From the NCBI GenBank assembly GCA_001662655.1, contig KV460260.1: a stretch of 64,000 nucleotides of DNA; one strand, 5' to 3'. The stretch's first letter is position 1; every line of letters starts with the position of its first letter. The notes under the pieces were generated by a model, which was not told the origin of the DNA, searched no databases, and saw nothing but the letters and a program-made list of their open reading frames with translations. Below are positions 10,702-23,370 of the stretch, piece after piece. The position numbers and the translations under genes were made by a program. The stretch is from Pseudogymnoascus verrucosus. Its lineage: Eukaryota.

Positions 10702-11696
10702 TAGTCTTAGGTCGGTTTATAAACTGTAACAATAGCTTTATAATATGTAGTAATTTGTGTAACGTAAGTCGTGGCGTACTGGCGGGAATGGCGTACTAGC
10801 GGTAGTAGGGTTGCAGCTACCCCATCAACAACTTTAAAAAATCGAAATAATTCAATTACTAGAACAGAATGGTCCGTAAGAGGAGTTTAAAGGCTCTAGA
10901 ACGTGAAATCGAAATATAGAAAGCAGTATTAGCTGTTAAATCAAATCAATATAAGTCTGTGTACGCAGCTACAAAGGACTTAGGCATACTAGAGTAACGT
11001 AGGTCATGGCCTAAGTGCTGCCATGGTCTAAGTGACAATTTAGCGGGGTAGTGGTAGCAGTGACCCCATCAAACCAGCTGACTGGTAGTTACTACTTCTA
11101 CTATATAGTTAAAAATGGTGAAACGTAAGAATATTAAGGCTCAAGAGCTTGATTTACGTGTTTCTAAGGCAATTGAAGGAGTTAGGTTAGGAAAATTTAA
11201 ATCAGCAAATGCTGCAGCAATTGCTCTAGGCCTACACCCTAATACTGTCCTTAAGCGTCTAAGAGGTAGCTCTACGCGACGTGAGGCGCGACAACAACAA
11301 CAGCTCCTGTCAAAAAATCAAGAGCAAACGCTCTTAAAGTAGATTAAGGAGCTTACTGCAAGCAGCTACGCTCCTAGCCATCAGATATTACGAGAGGTTG
11401 CAGATAAAGTCCAGTCAAATAAGTGTTGCGTTTTTAAGCCTTAACTACAACAACAGCAACAACAAACACAACAAACACAACAACAACCTCAACCTTAAAT
11501 ACCTAACTTACCTCTTAGGCAAGAGTGGGTTCCACGATTCATTTAAAGGCATCCTAACTTACGTGTTAAGTTAGGACATAGAGTTAAGGCACAGAGGATG
11601 AATAGGGTCACAAAGCAGGTGTTAAAGGGGTGGTTTGACGCGTATAAGAGCCTTATAACAAAGCAAAAAATCGAAAACTACAACACTTATAATATA

Positions 11697-12179
11697 ACGT
11701 AGGTCGTGGCGTAACAGGTGTAATGGCGTAACGGGGGTAGTGGTATTTTGCTAGCGAATTTATATTACGTGACTAGAATTAAAACCTTTAATAACTACTT
11801 AAGTAGGTGATGTAAAGTATAATACTTTTGTATATAGAAACTTCATATATACATATATTCGACTTAGAAATTTCAGCCTGTAAGCTAGTTATATAAGGAA
11901 GTTATTAACAATTATAGATTTACTATACTAATATTTTGTATAGTAAAATCTTAGACCTTTAATAACTTATGCAAAACAATTATAGTGCTACTAGCGTTTT
12001 TTTATGTAAAAGAGTATTATATACAGTTCTAATATATACAAGGAATAAGCTTTACTAATTTTATTCATAGAGTTATTTAGGTTTAAAGTTTTTGGTTCTA
12101 AGTACTATTGCTTACAAGTTTAGCTATAAAGGTACATACCCCCGTTACGCTATTACACCTGTTACGCCACGACCTACGT
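11697..12179 (+). mobile_element. 483-bp MITE
   Basis: TIRs ACGTAGGTCGTGGCGTAACAGGTGTAATGGCGTAACGGGGGTA, TA TSD. Inserted in the NMDETG motif. Confidence 0.95.
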
Positions 12180-12212
12180 TAGATGAAACTAGATTTTCAA
12201 TTAGAACTATAA

Positions 12213-12505
12213 ACGTAAGTTGTGGCGTAACCAGCACAATGGCGTAACCAGCATAATGTCACTCTACACCAAACTTTCTATAGAAAGGTACTTACTTCTA
12301 ATGATTTTTTAAATGATTATAACTTTTGCAATTTTAATTATATAGCTTAGCCCTTATGTATGGTAATAGTACGCATATTAACGTATTATCTATAGAGCCT
12401 AGAAAATATCTACGACCTTATTAAAAAAGTTGATTTTTTTTGGTAAGGGGACACTACATGATTATGCTGGTTACGCCATTGTGCCGGTTACGCCACGACT
12501 TACGT
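12213..12505 (-). mobile_element. 293-bp MITE, copy 2 (inverted)
   Basis: Near reverse complement of 10409-10701. TA on the right only. Confidence 0.95.
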
Positions 12506-13134
12506 TACGCTCTGTATGCGTTTTCAGGCTTATCCTAGCTAATAGGAATGGGTGTCTGCTGTTGAATACATCTGTATAGATAGAACAGCTATTAAGCCCC
12601 TTATTATATTTAAGGGCTAGAACATCTTACAAAGCTAGATTCTAAAGGAGGTTATATAAAAATAACACTTCTCTATAAATACAAAAGGATAGACAAGCAA
12701 TCTTTATAGATTAGAGTAGCTAAAACGCGTTTTTAAGCCCTCTATAAGAGCAAAAGTAACATAAAATAGACAACTATAGTAACAGCTCCTAATTTGTAAT
12801 AGCTGTAATAGCTATAATAGCTATATAAGTAGAAGCTTTATATTATACTACATTTAAAATCGAATATTGCTCCTTATAATACCTCCTTATATATCTTATG
12901 TTCTACAGCCACTTAATATTTCAATTTTTAGGCCCTTAAAGCAATACCTTACAACTGCTCTCTTACACCTAAATGAGGCATAACTCCTATAAATACAAAA
13001 AGTAGAGTAGCTAGAAGCATATATTACTGCAAGAGCAGCTAGTTTTTTGACTTTAAATATTAATTCTGCTTAGAGAGGGAGTGGGCTACAGCCATTTTAG
13101 CTACAGACAGTTATATAAGCAGCTACACTTCCTA

Positions 13135-13428
13135 ACGTAAGTCGTGGCGTAACCGGCACAATGGCGTAACCGGCATAATCATGTGTTGTTCCCTCACCAA
13201 AAAAAATCAACTTTTTTTAATAACGTCGTGAATATTTTATAGCTTCTATACATAATAGGACAATATGTGTACTATTACCATACAAAAGAGCTAAGTTGTA
13301 CAGTCAAAAGTGCAAAAGTTATGATCATTTCAAAAATCATTAGAAGTAAGTACCTTTCTATACAAAGTTCAGTGTAAAGTGACATTATGCCGGTTACACC
13401 ATTGTGCCGGTTACGCCACGACTTACGT
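13135..13428 (+). mobile_element. 294-bp MITE, copy 3 (more divergent interior)
   Basis: Same TIRs, colinear with 10409-10701, TA on both sides. Confidence 0.95.
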
Positions 13429-14136
13429 TACTACAGACGTAGTAGTAGTAGAACGACTACATACTCCTATAGAGCATGATATTTTTAAGAAGGTATTCTT
13501 AAATAGTAGTCTGCCTGATTTTAATACCCTTTATAAAGCGAATTCTGTGCTCTCTACAGCCTTAAATCAAGGTGTTTTGAATACTCTTACAAAGCGATAT
13601 ATTAATAAGTTAGCAGACGAGTTAGAGCGCCTTAATACACGCAACACCCTTTAAAAAAGAGAGTGTGATAACTTACGCTTAATTATTTAGAAGCGTAGAG
13701 TATAGAATAAGGGTAAGAGAGCAGTTTTAGAGGGTCAATTCCACATTTCTATAGAAGAACTCCAGTCGTAAGTTGTAGAAGCAGAAGCAGCAACAGCAAT
13801 AGCTTCACAGAGGCCTACAACAACGCCACGACCTATAAACGAAGCTATAATTAAGGAAATGGATGAAGAGAGCGAAGAGAGCAAAGAAGAGCCTTCTGAT
13901 GATGATATAGATGAATTAGGGCTGTAGTAATTGAATTATTTCGATTTTTTGAAGTTGTTGATAGGGTAGCTGCAACCCCACTACCGCCAGTACGCCATTC
14001 CCGCCAGTACGCCACGACTTACGTTAATGTTAATAACTTTAGTAACAGGTCTATTATTTATGATAATTTAGGTGGTAATTCTGATATTTTCTAACAAAAG
14101 TAATTTACAACCTAATGGTTTGCGTAGTATTACTAC

Positions 14137-15766
14137 CTAATTATAGGTTAAACTACCGCAAAGATGCACAGAAACCGATCGCCATTTGGGAATGTCGACG
14201 TATGTGGAGTTCACTAATACGTCGGTGACGGTAATGGCCTTATCAAAAAAATCAATCTTCTTGTGGCCAACACTGGTACCGTTTGATACCAAAGTCCAGG
14301 GTACATTGAGGGTGCCGTTGGCTTCCTCCGCATCGACAATCTTGGCATGGGCCTGATATGATCGAATCACTAGACCATTCGTTTGATCCTCCATTAATAC
14401 AATGCGATCAATCACAGTTGGAAAGTCGAAAGTTAAAGAATAGCTGCCGGCCTCATTTTTAGGTTTGGTGTCCTTAGGAGCGATGGGTTTGTCACAACAG
14501 GACCTAATGAAATCACCTAATTTCTTGTAACAGGCAGCATGGCGAGCAGGGATAAGACCGCCGCGATCAGGGGCGAGATCTAGTTCCAAGACGCAATTGC
14601 GGCCCACACTCGTGTGATAGACATCAATCATTTCTTCAATAGATCGTAGAGGTTGGTCGACACCGAAGAACCAGCGGTCGTCAGTTTGCAGAGTAGTATC
14701 ACATTCAGCCGGGCAGAAAATAGGGCTTGTAGGATCGCCACCATCACTTGTAGTGCCTCTTAGGAAAAAGTTAGAAATAAGCTCGTGCAGGGGGCATATA
14801 ACATTCTCACGTTGACCAAGTCTCTTCAGGGGCTTCTCCAGTTTCCTTCCCAATCCATCGAACTGTCAAGGCCAGCTTAGATCAAGTTTATTGCAGCCAC
14901 GGGATTGAACTTGCCTGGATTAGCGGAAACACAAGTGCTGTTCTTGTCACAAGCACCGAAGACGACAGCTTGAGGTTGATGAGCTTCCAGGAGACTCTGA
15001 ATATCATTCATCTGAGTTGAGCCATATCCACCATCCAGCCAAATCTATCCAGCGAATCAACCCTGTTAGCGACGAAGCGTGAGAGGTCTTATTCTGGTTC
15101 TTACTTCAGTCAAATTTCCATACTGTGTCCATAACTCCGTTAATTGATCGAATACAATCTGGCCATATGTGCTGTCACTAATACCGACCTGTCCCCATGC
15201 CAGGGAGGTGTTCAGAACCTCAGCATTCTGTACGTTCAAAAAGTTGTTGACTACAACGCTGTAGTAGAAGCCGTGTCCAATTCTGTACTTTTGGGCCGAC
15301 TCTACAAAACTCTCGACAACACTCTCTCCATGGGCAGGCGACTGCTCAATGGTATAGTTGTAGGGGATTGTCATCTTGTTGAGAGTTGGAATTTCACCTT
15401 AGTCGGCCATATCGTGAATCCGCAGTTGTGCTTGGCCACAAGCGTGGCATACTTCCCACCTAGAGCAGTGATTCTTTCCATCGACTGATCAGTATTTATC
15501 AAGGCAGGGTTGAACAGAGCTTGGTCAGGCACAAGCTTTGGGTCATAATTGCAGCCGTCGCTGCCGATGTCAGTGGCAATGTTATAGTGGATGAGTACAC
15601 CGATTTCTTTATCTTGAAATGCGAGCTGCTCTGCTGTCGGTAATGCAATCTTGGAGCCATCGATAGGGGAAAGGCGATATTTTGGCTCGTAGGCTTTAGG
15701 AGCATTGCTGGCTACAGCACATGCGAAAAGGCAAGCACCAGCGGGGAGAGTATACAAAAGCTTCAT
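14137..15766 (-). pseudogene. Secreted GH29 alpha-L-fucosidase with a frameshift near 15380
   Basis: Signal peptide, IGVLIHY, LVAKHNCGFTIWPT, GHGFYYS, ELWTQYGNLTE|IWLDGG, VRWIGKETG, PAECDTTL..RWFF, YHTSVGRNCVLELD. The frame breaks at KFQLSTR*/NKMTIPYNY with no plausible intron. Confidence 0.85.
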
Positions 15767-16580
15767 CTTATTTCAGAGAGCGGTATGGTGCCAAACTTGG
15801 ATTGTCAGGTTGAGATACTCATTATCACTCTCATAGATATATATATATGTATGGGAGTAGTAGTTAGTATTCTAGTCCACATGGCAACATACGGCTTGCC
15901 ACTCAATACCCCTCACCTAATTACCCCACAATAGAGCATATAAATCGTCCTAAACTTGGGTGTAACTGAGTTAATTCATCGACTTGGAGTGACGCGTGCA
16001 TGGTGCTGCTAGGGCAATCTAGTAACAGGGTAGATCTACAGTAATCGATCGACTTCTTGTAACTCAATCTAGAACAAATTGGGCTTGCTTAGCTTTATGT
16101 AACGTGATATACAGCTGTAGCATTCAGTCAATCGAAGAAAGTTAGAAGATAGTTTGAATTAGAAGTGTTACTATAGTAGCCATTCAAGAGGTTCTCGCAG
16201 TAGCAATATGTTATCGTCGCTCGTGCCATTAACTTAACCAAAGGGCCTGCCCGCCGTCTGCCTTGTACGACCACACCCGCTATGTTACAGAATACACCAC
16301 CCTCCCACAAGACGGGATACTTGATATTTCCCCTATATTCGCTATTTCAAGAGCAGAATTGATGAAAGTAGGCGCTGCTCCAGGAATTAAATGTTTTGGC
16401 AACTCAGAAGACCAAACCACTATAAGGAAGCCCCGGGATACTTATTCCGTTTATGTGGGCCCAAGCCTACAGATGATTTGTATCAAATGCACATACCCAC
16501 AATGATCTAGGTCATTGCCAGGTTTGTTAATGCCGAATTGAGTATCGCTAACCCGGAAAGATGTTGTATTATAAATGTAG

Positions 16581-18165
16581 CTATAGCTCCACGTGCTCGC
16601 CCTGGGTAAGCGATGACTCGCTGCCACCGAATAACTTACTTCCACGGAGCTCCTGGAAAGCAATATCAAATCTTGCTCCTGCAAGATATGCAGCACCAAG
16701 CTAAATTACACATTAGATCGTCTGCAGATGATGCGGGAATATATTGGGTAGATTACCATCAGGAAAGAAATAACGAAAAGTGTCCCGAGGACGGCGGCCA
16801 TAAGGTAGACGGTGTCTGTCGTAGCTTCTGACTTCTGTGCCGCCTCCTCTGCGGTTGGGTCAGTAGCTGCGAGCGTGGCAGCCTTAGGGTCTTGGGATGG
16901 AAATATGGACTCGATAAATTGCTCGATCTAAACCAGCATTAGCTATTTGCCCCTGAAAAACGAGGGCTCCTTCGCAGGACATACCTTGCCACAAGCAATG
17001 CTAATTTCCAGGAAATTCGGATCTGTCGGTGAATTCTTCTTGGCAATCTTTCGTGTGTATGTCTTGAAAACTCCACAGACAATCCGAAGGTTTTGGGTAG
17101 ACTGGATCATCAACTCGCACGCGTCACCCTTGGTGATCTTGATGTTTTGGTGGAAAATTTTGGGGTTTTGGAAAACGAGCTCGAGTGTCGCAATGGCCAT
17201 GGCCTGGGGGATGGCCGTGAAGTTGAAAACACTCTGGTCTTTAATTCCAGCCAAGTAGAAGAGGCATTCGTCCGCGTGGCGAAGGGAGTTCAACACCATT
17301 TCCGAGCTGCATGCAAGAGCTACTGTCTGGTTTTCGGGCTTGAACAGGTCCTCGAATTTCTCAACGTGCTTCGACCAGATCTCCTTTGGCCAGAACCTCC
17401 GTTTGTCGTCGAAGTCTTCGCGAATATCACGAATGATATTTGTCTTCTGCAGGAACTGTCCCATGGATTCGGACAGGTGTGGGCGTTGGAGAAGTGCCGG
17501 ATTGGCCAATCCACTCTCGACAAAAAGTCTGGTCAAGCCGTCTCCTACAAGCCCAGCAACATAATGGCAGTACAGCTCGTAGTCTTTGATCGTGTTGACG
17601 CCGTTCACGTTGTGTTCGGCATTGTTAGCGTAATCCGCCATGCCATTGCCCATTTTATCCGTGATGTCCTTGATGATCGCTTGATATACCGGCTTCACCT
17701 TCTTGTATTCCGTGATAACGACGTCGAAGTCCACCAGCAGACCACGATCCTTCTCATCTGGGCCGTTACCATTGAAATTCCAGCCATCCTTCTCCATGAT
17801 GTTATGGAAATCTCTCAATATCGGCTCTTTGTCCTCTAATGGAATGGTCATGTCGTCCTCGACTGTGTCAAGGCCGCGAAGGATCAGGTAGAAGAGAGCG
17901 ACCGGGACGAGCAACTCTGGGTTCAGCTCTTGAATGACCATGCTGAAACTGCGGCTTGTATTTTCCAGATGCACGAAGCATTTTTGAAGAGTTTCGCATT
18001 CTGTTTTTTTGTCCCGAGTATGGACTGGATCATGCCACACCTTCCTACATGCGACGGGTTAGCATCATCGCTTTGGGTTCAGAATGTCCGCACGAACCAT
18101 TGGACAATTGAGCGCAATTGGAAAGGATGGAGCGCAAGGTATAGAGCCTGGCTAGCAGAAACCAT
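16581..18165 (-). CDS. ERG9: Squalene synthase (4 exons)
   Basis: [45 protein letters not shown]-terminal TM segment, ends HVEL*. Exon 1 is [23 protein letters not shown]. Confidence 0.97.
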
Positions 18166-19425
18166 GATTGAGGTGAAGGCGGAATGTCGCCGGAGAGTAG
18201 TAAATCGGTGTCTGGTTTGTGGTGAAGTTGATGCGGAGGCGGAGGTAAGATGTCAAATGAGGTAAGTTGCCCAGTGGAGCTTACAGAATTTGGGGTACGG
18301 GGTCGGGGCGGAGGTGAGGAGAAAGAGTATGTAGAGTATTATGTACTCTAGCGAGGAGAAGAGGGCTATTCTGAACTACTGCAGTACTAAAAGTACTCTA
18401 TAACTCTATAATAGCATGTGAAGTAGGGAGTATTATACAGTAGAGTACGCTGAAATGGTTTCCCCAGCGATGTTCTGGAAGGAAGATAATCTCCTTTAAT
18501 TTGATTAGCCTGAACTATCTCACCCTCGTACCCCTAAAAAGCGATTTTGAGAGTCGAATCGGAAGATTCGCTCCCTATCAACTACGGAGCACACGGAATA
18601 TCGGGGTAGAGTATTTCCGTAGCGGAGATTAGTCAGCAAGTAGTTGGTGGTTTGTTGCAGTTAGCTTACTTAAGCAAACTGGCGATAGCGAAGACCAGAG
18701 AAAAGAGCAGTCTCGGCTATGGGTTTGTAAGTATAAGTAGTAGGCAGCCTCAGGCAGCCTCAGGCAGGTATTTAGGATTCTCCACGCCACATCTGTGAAA
18801 TTGTGAGAGGCTTGAGAAAGCCAGAAACCGATACAAAAGTACTTGTACACGTATTTTGTACTAGAGTATACATGCAGAGTGACCAGAGTGAGGATACGAA
18901 GTACAGTAAGACTACAAACTCAGAATACTACGCTGTACTCTATCTGATTCTATACTCTATACTCTCTCATACGATCCTTTATTACAAATTATATAGTATA
19001 GTATTCGTATCGATAATAATAGCTACACCCACCCACCGACAAAAATAAAATATTCACGTGATAATGTACCCCTCTATACTCGAGTAGTTCTTCAGGTACC
19101 CGTGGTGAGGTGAAACCGTTCATGGTGGGATCTGTATGCAGCCAGAAGCTTGGACCACACTAATATTACTAAGCTATCTAGTACACCCACAACTTGTACA
19201 CTATACGCACCGTGGGCACTTTCTTCACCGTATATTCTAATCCCCCCCCCTTTCCCCCCTCCCCCGCCCCCCCCCCCCCGCCCCTCTCTCTCTCCTTCCT
19301 TCTTCGTAAACAACTCTTCCATCTCCCACCTCCCAACATTTACATCAAAACCCTCAAATCCCCATCTCCCTCTTATATCAAATCAATATACAATTTACAC
19401 TTTCAAATCTTCAAATAAATTCATA

Positions 19426-20377
19426 ATGGCCTCCACCACTGCCACCGAGAAGCCTTCCTACCTCATCTGGGGTGGAGCAGGATGGGTTGCCGGTCACCTC
19501 AAGACTCTCCTCGAGAGCCAAGGCAAGACCGTTACTACCACCACTGTCCGCATGCAAAACCGTGAGGCTGTCATCGCTGAGCTCCAGAGAGTCAAGCCAA
19601 CTCACGTTCTCAACTGTGCTGGTTGCACTGGTCGCCCCAACGTTGATTGGTGTGAGGACAACAAGGAGGATACCATCCGCAGCAATGTCATCGGCACCTT
19701 GAACTTGGCCGATTGCTGTTTCCTCGAGAAGATCCACTTGACTGTCTTCGCCACCGGATGCATCTACACATACGATGAGAAGCACCCCATCGGCGGTCCA
19801 GGCTACCTCGAGACCGACAAGGCCAACTTCGATGGCTCTTTCTACTCCGAGACCAAGGCCCACGTTGAGGAGGTGAGTGAAAGCGTCGTTGCCCACAAGA
19901 GACATGAAAGCTAACATTATTTCCCAGGTCATGAAAACCTACCCAAATGTCCTCATCCTGAGACTGAGAATGCCCGTCAGCGACGACCTCCACAGCCGTA
20001 ACTTCGTCACCAAGATCTCCAAGTACGAGCGTGTCGTTGATATCCCCAACTCCAACACTCTCCTCCACGACCTGCTCCCTGCCTCCATCCTCCTTGCCGA
20101 GCACCAGGAGACTGGCATCTACAACTTCACCAACCCCGGCGCCATCTCCCACAACGAGGTCCTTACCCTCTTCAAGCAATACGTCCGCCCAGATTTCACC
20201 TGGAAGAACTTCTCCCTGGAGGAGCAAGCAAAGGTCATCAAGGCCGGCCGCAGCAACTGCAAGCTTGATACCACCAAGCTGATCACCAAGCTTAAGGAGT
20301 ACAACTTCGAGGTCCCAGAGGTCCACGAGGCGTACGCACAGTGCTTCCAGCGCATGGCCAAGGCTGGCGTGCAGTAG
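19426..20377 (+). CDS. UDP-4-keto-6-deoxyglucose 3,5-epimerase/4-reductase (UDP-rhamnose synthesis, NRS/ER type); intron 19873-19927
   Basis: GGAGWVA, AGCTGRPNVDWCE, ATGCIY, SFYSETK, LRLRMP, NFTNPGAISHNE, RSNCKLDTTKL. Confidence 0.93.
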
Positions 20378-21124
20378 AGGGAGACAAATGAACAGCTAGA
20401 AAAACTGACTTAATTGGTTCCGCCTCGGAGTTTATTGATCAAAAGCTCTATTGATGTCTTCTACTTTTGTAGCTAGAATAATCTGACTTTACCATCACAA
20501 ACACACACGGGCTGAATGGCACTTTGGACTATCTCCCCCGACCAACACCTCTCCTGACTTATGACCTGTTGTATCTACTCAGTGACTAACTAAACCTGAT
20601 CTTGCCGACCTATCCAGAGCAATCTTTGCCTCCATCTATATATCACTCTAATATATACCAAGGCTACAGACGGATTTATAAAATAGTATGAAACTCTCGT
20701 ATGACATCGGCTGTTGAGCTCTATTTCATATGATGTGAAATTATCGTAAAAAAGAACCCCTGGAAATTTTATATCATCCCGCCATTTGACCAGAATAGTT
20801 AGTTTCAGTGAAGCCCTGTTTATCGTGGCTCCGTTCCCGCCCACGTTCTTAGGTTCTTGGGTGCTGCGCCACAGATGATGATATGGCGGCAAACGTCGCC
20901 ACCTGAAAAGTAACCACCAGCCTTGTACTTCTCCCCACCAACCCATACTATTTGTATCTGTTCATCAACACAAACGATCAACCGGCTATTGCTTGGGTTT
21001 ATTCTCAACTCATACAACATATCAGGTCAGATAAGACTGCCCGCTCTTAAACCGACGTCACTAACCCGGCGAACAGCCGTTCCCTCCTCTGCCCCTCACA
21101 TCGGCGCATTCGGAAATCGCCAAG

Positions 21125-22774
21125 ATGGTCGCAGACCTCACCTACTACAATGCCCTTGGGGTAAAGCCGGAGGCCACCGAGTTGGAGATCAAGAAGGCAT
21201 ACAGAAAGCTTGCCATCATACACCATCCAGGTAGGTCCCATTTGCGGTACTTGGACCCTTGGAACGTAAGACTGATGAGACAGATAAAAACCCCGGCGAC
21301 GAGACTGCACATGCCAAATTCCAAGCGATCGGTGAAGCCTACCAAGTCCTCAGCGACCCCGACCTGAGGAGGTCGTACGATAAATTCGGAAAAGACCATG
21401 CCCAGCCCAGTGAGGGCTTCACGGATCCTGCCGAATTTTTCGGAACGATCTTTGGAGGAGACGCATTCGTGGATCTGATCGGCGAAATATCACTTATGAA
21501 GGATCTCACAAAGACGATGGACATCACCATGACAGAGGAAGCTGAGGGAGAGGACGGAGATCATGCTGCTGCAGCCGAGGCAGCAGCAGGGACTTCCCCT
21601 GCGGAGAAAGCCCCGGCTGACGAGAAAGCGACTTCATCCCCCCCACCTGCCGCATCGGCAGCCGATGCGGCCGAACCTTCGACAGAGAAGGCATATGCAT
21701 TCGACCATACGACAGGAAAACGCTACGAAATCGACCCCCTGACAGAGAAGCCATTGTCGAACCCGACTTCACCTCCTGCGTCTGGCACATCCACCCCAGG
21801 GAGGGGAATACCAACGCGGCCTGCGATCATGTCTAAGAGCGACTCTGAGGCGCAACTAGATGCTGCTGGTATAACCGAGGAGGAGAAAGAGCTTCGTAAG
21901 AAGGAGAAGAAGAAAGGTGGTTTGTCGAAAGAGCAACGTGAGCAGTTGGCGGAATACGAGAAGGAGCGCATAAATATCCGCAAGGAGCGCGTGGAGACTC
22001 TGGCCAAGAAGATGATTGACCGAATCAGCATCTGGACCGAGACCGACAAGGGAGACGATGTGACCAAGGCATTCCAGGAGAAGACGAGACTTGAGGTGGA
22101 GAACTTGAAGATGGAATCCTTCGGTCTCGATATTCTGCACGCGATAGGAGCTACCTACTTGTCGAAAGCTGGCGCTTTGTTAAAGTCACAGAAGTTCCTC
22201 GGAATAGGGGGCTTCTTTTCGCGGCTGAAGGACAAGGGAACCCTGGCAAAGGATACTTGGAATACTATTTCCAGCGCGATTGACGCACAGATGACCATGG
22301 AGGAGATGGCCAAGATGGAGGAGAAGGGCGGAGAGGACTGGACCGATGAGAGACGTGTTGAGTACGAGAGACGAGTAACTGGAAAGATCCTCACCGCTGC
22401 GTGGCGCGGAAGCAAGTTCGAAATCCAGGGTGTACTTAGGGATGTATGTGACGAGGTTCTGCACGACAAAAGGGTGCCGATGTCGAAGCGTCTGGAGAGA
22501 GCCCAGGCTCTGGTTATCAGTGGTGAAATATATGCGAAGGTATGTTGCATTCCAGATCCATCTTTATGTCACTTGATGCTGACTATATTAGGCTAAGCGT
22601 AACCCCGAGGAGGAGGGTGATTATATGGCATTTGAACAGTTAGTTGCAGAAGCTGCGGCCAAGAAGGAGAAGAAGAAGGGCAAGGATAAGAAGACTGATG
22701 GCGCCAAGCCTCCTGTACCTAAGGAGGCTGAGGCTGCTGCTGCTGCTGCGGACGCTCCAAACGTGCCAAAGTAA
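21125..22774 (+). CDS. DJP1: J-domain co-chaperone with DnaJ-X domain (Djp1/Caj1 family), 3 exons
   Basis: [31 protein letters not shown] (HPD split by an intron), [31 protein letters not shown]. Confidence 0.9.
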
Positions 22775-23370
22775 AGGGGGTGAGTAGATAATTTAGAAGT
22801 GAGACGTCATTGAGATAGCAATGCAGAATAATGTCCGAGTGGATACCCATAACGCTTCATGAGATATCAAGGTTGGGGTTCTTGCCAACCACTTTCAACA
22901 ATTTGTTACAACTCGCAGTTTCAAATTTTACAGCTATATGATTCATGAAATCGTACACTGCACATCGAAAGCATTGACACGACCCCTATAACACAATTTG
23001 AAGTGCTTTATTTAAGCTAGCGATATTTTTACAAATGAAAATAGCCTATTCGTCTTCCTAGCCAAATGGCGGCATATCTGCCTTGGGTATCATACTGTAC
23101 AGAACAAATGAACTGATGTTAAATGAGCGAGTGGACCTCATAGCCTCCTTCCCCCCAACAAACTCCGAGCGATACCACGCTGCTAACTCCCTACACACAA
23201 TCCCAAAGCCAAAGATGTTATTATCTGGTCGCCCGCGCACCATCTCCATCCCGTAGCAATTACGCCCAATAAACGCCTCCAAAATCTCGACCGCGACATT
23301 GGCGCGATGATCTCCGTTCGAATTCGGAATATTGCCGCCTCATCCTGAGAGCTTTGATGGATAAGGCCGT

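Larger units (their letters stand above)
11115..13927 (+). pseudogene. RIP-inactivated DDE transposase (HTH-psq/CENP-B HTH + DDE_1), interrupted by three MITEs
   Basis: MVKRKNIKAQ.. HTH, EWVPRFI, YN(M>I)DET(G>R)FSI, EWVSAVE, LQPL(D>N)ISIF(G>R)PLK. Numerous TAG/TAA stops. Confidence 0.92.
10762..14024 (+). mobile_element. Composite/nested Fot1/pogo (Tc1-mariner superfamily) element with about 100-bp TIRs
   Basis: 10762-10861 is inverted relative to 13925-14024, TA on both sides. Contains a second left TIR at 10997 and three MITEs. Confidence 0.93.

Noticed and set aside
19150..19425. Poly-Pro N-terminal extension of the epimerase/reductase
   Set aside because: Translation of a poly-C promoter/UTR tract; the real start is the ATG at 19426.
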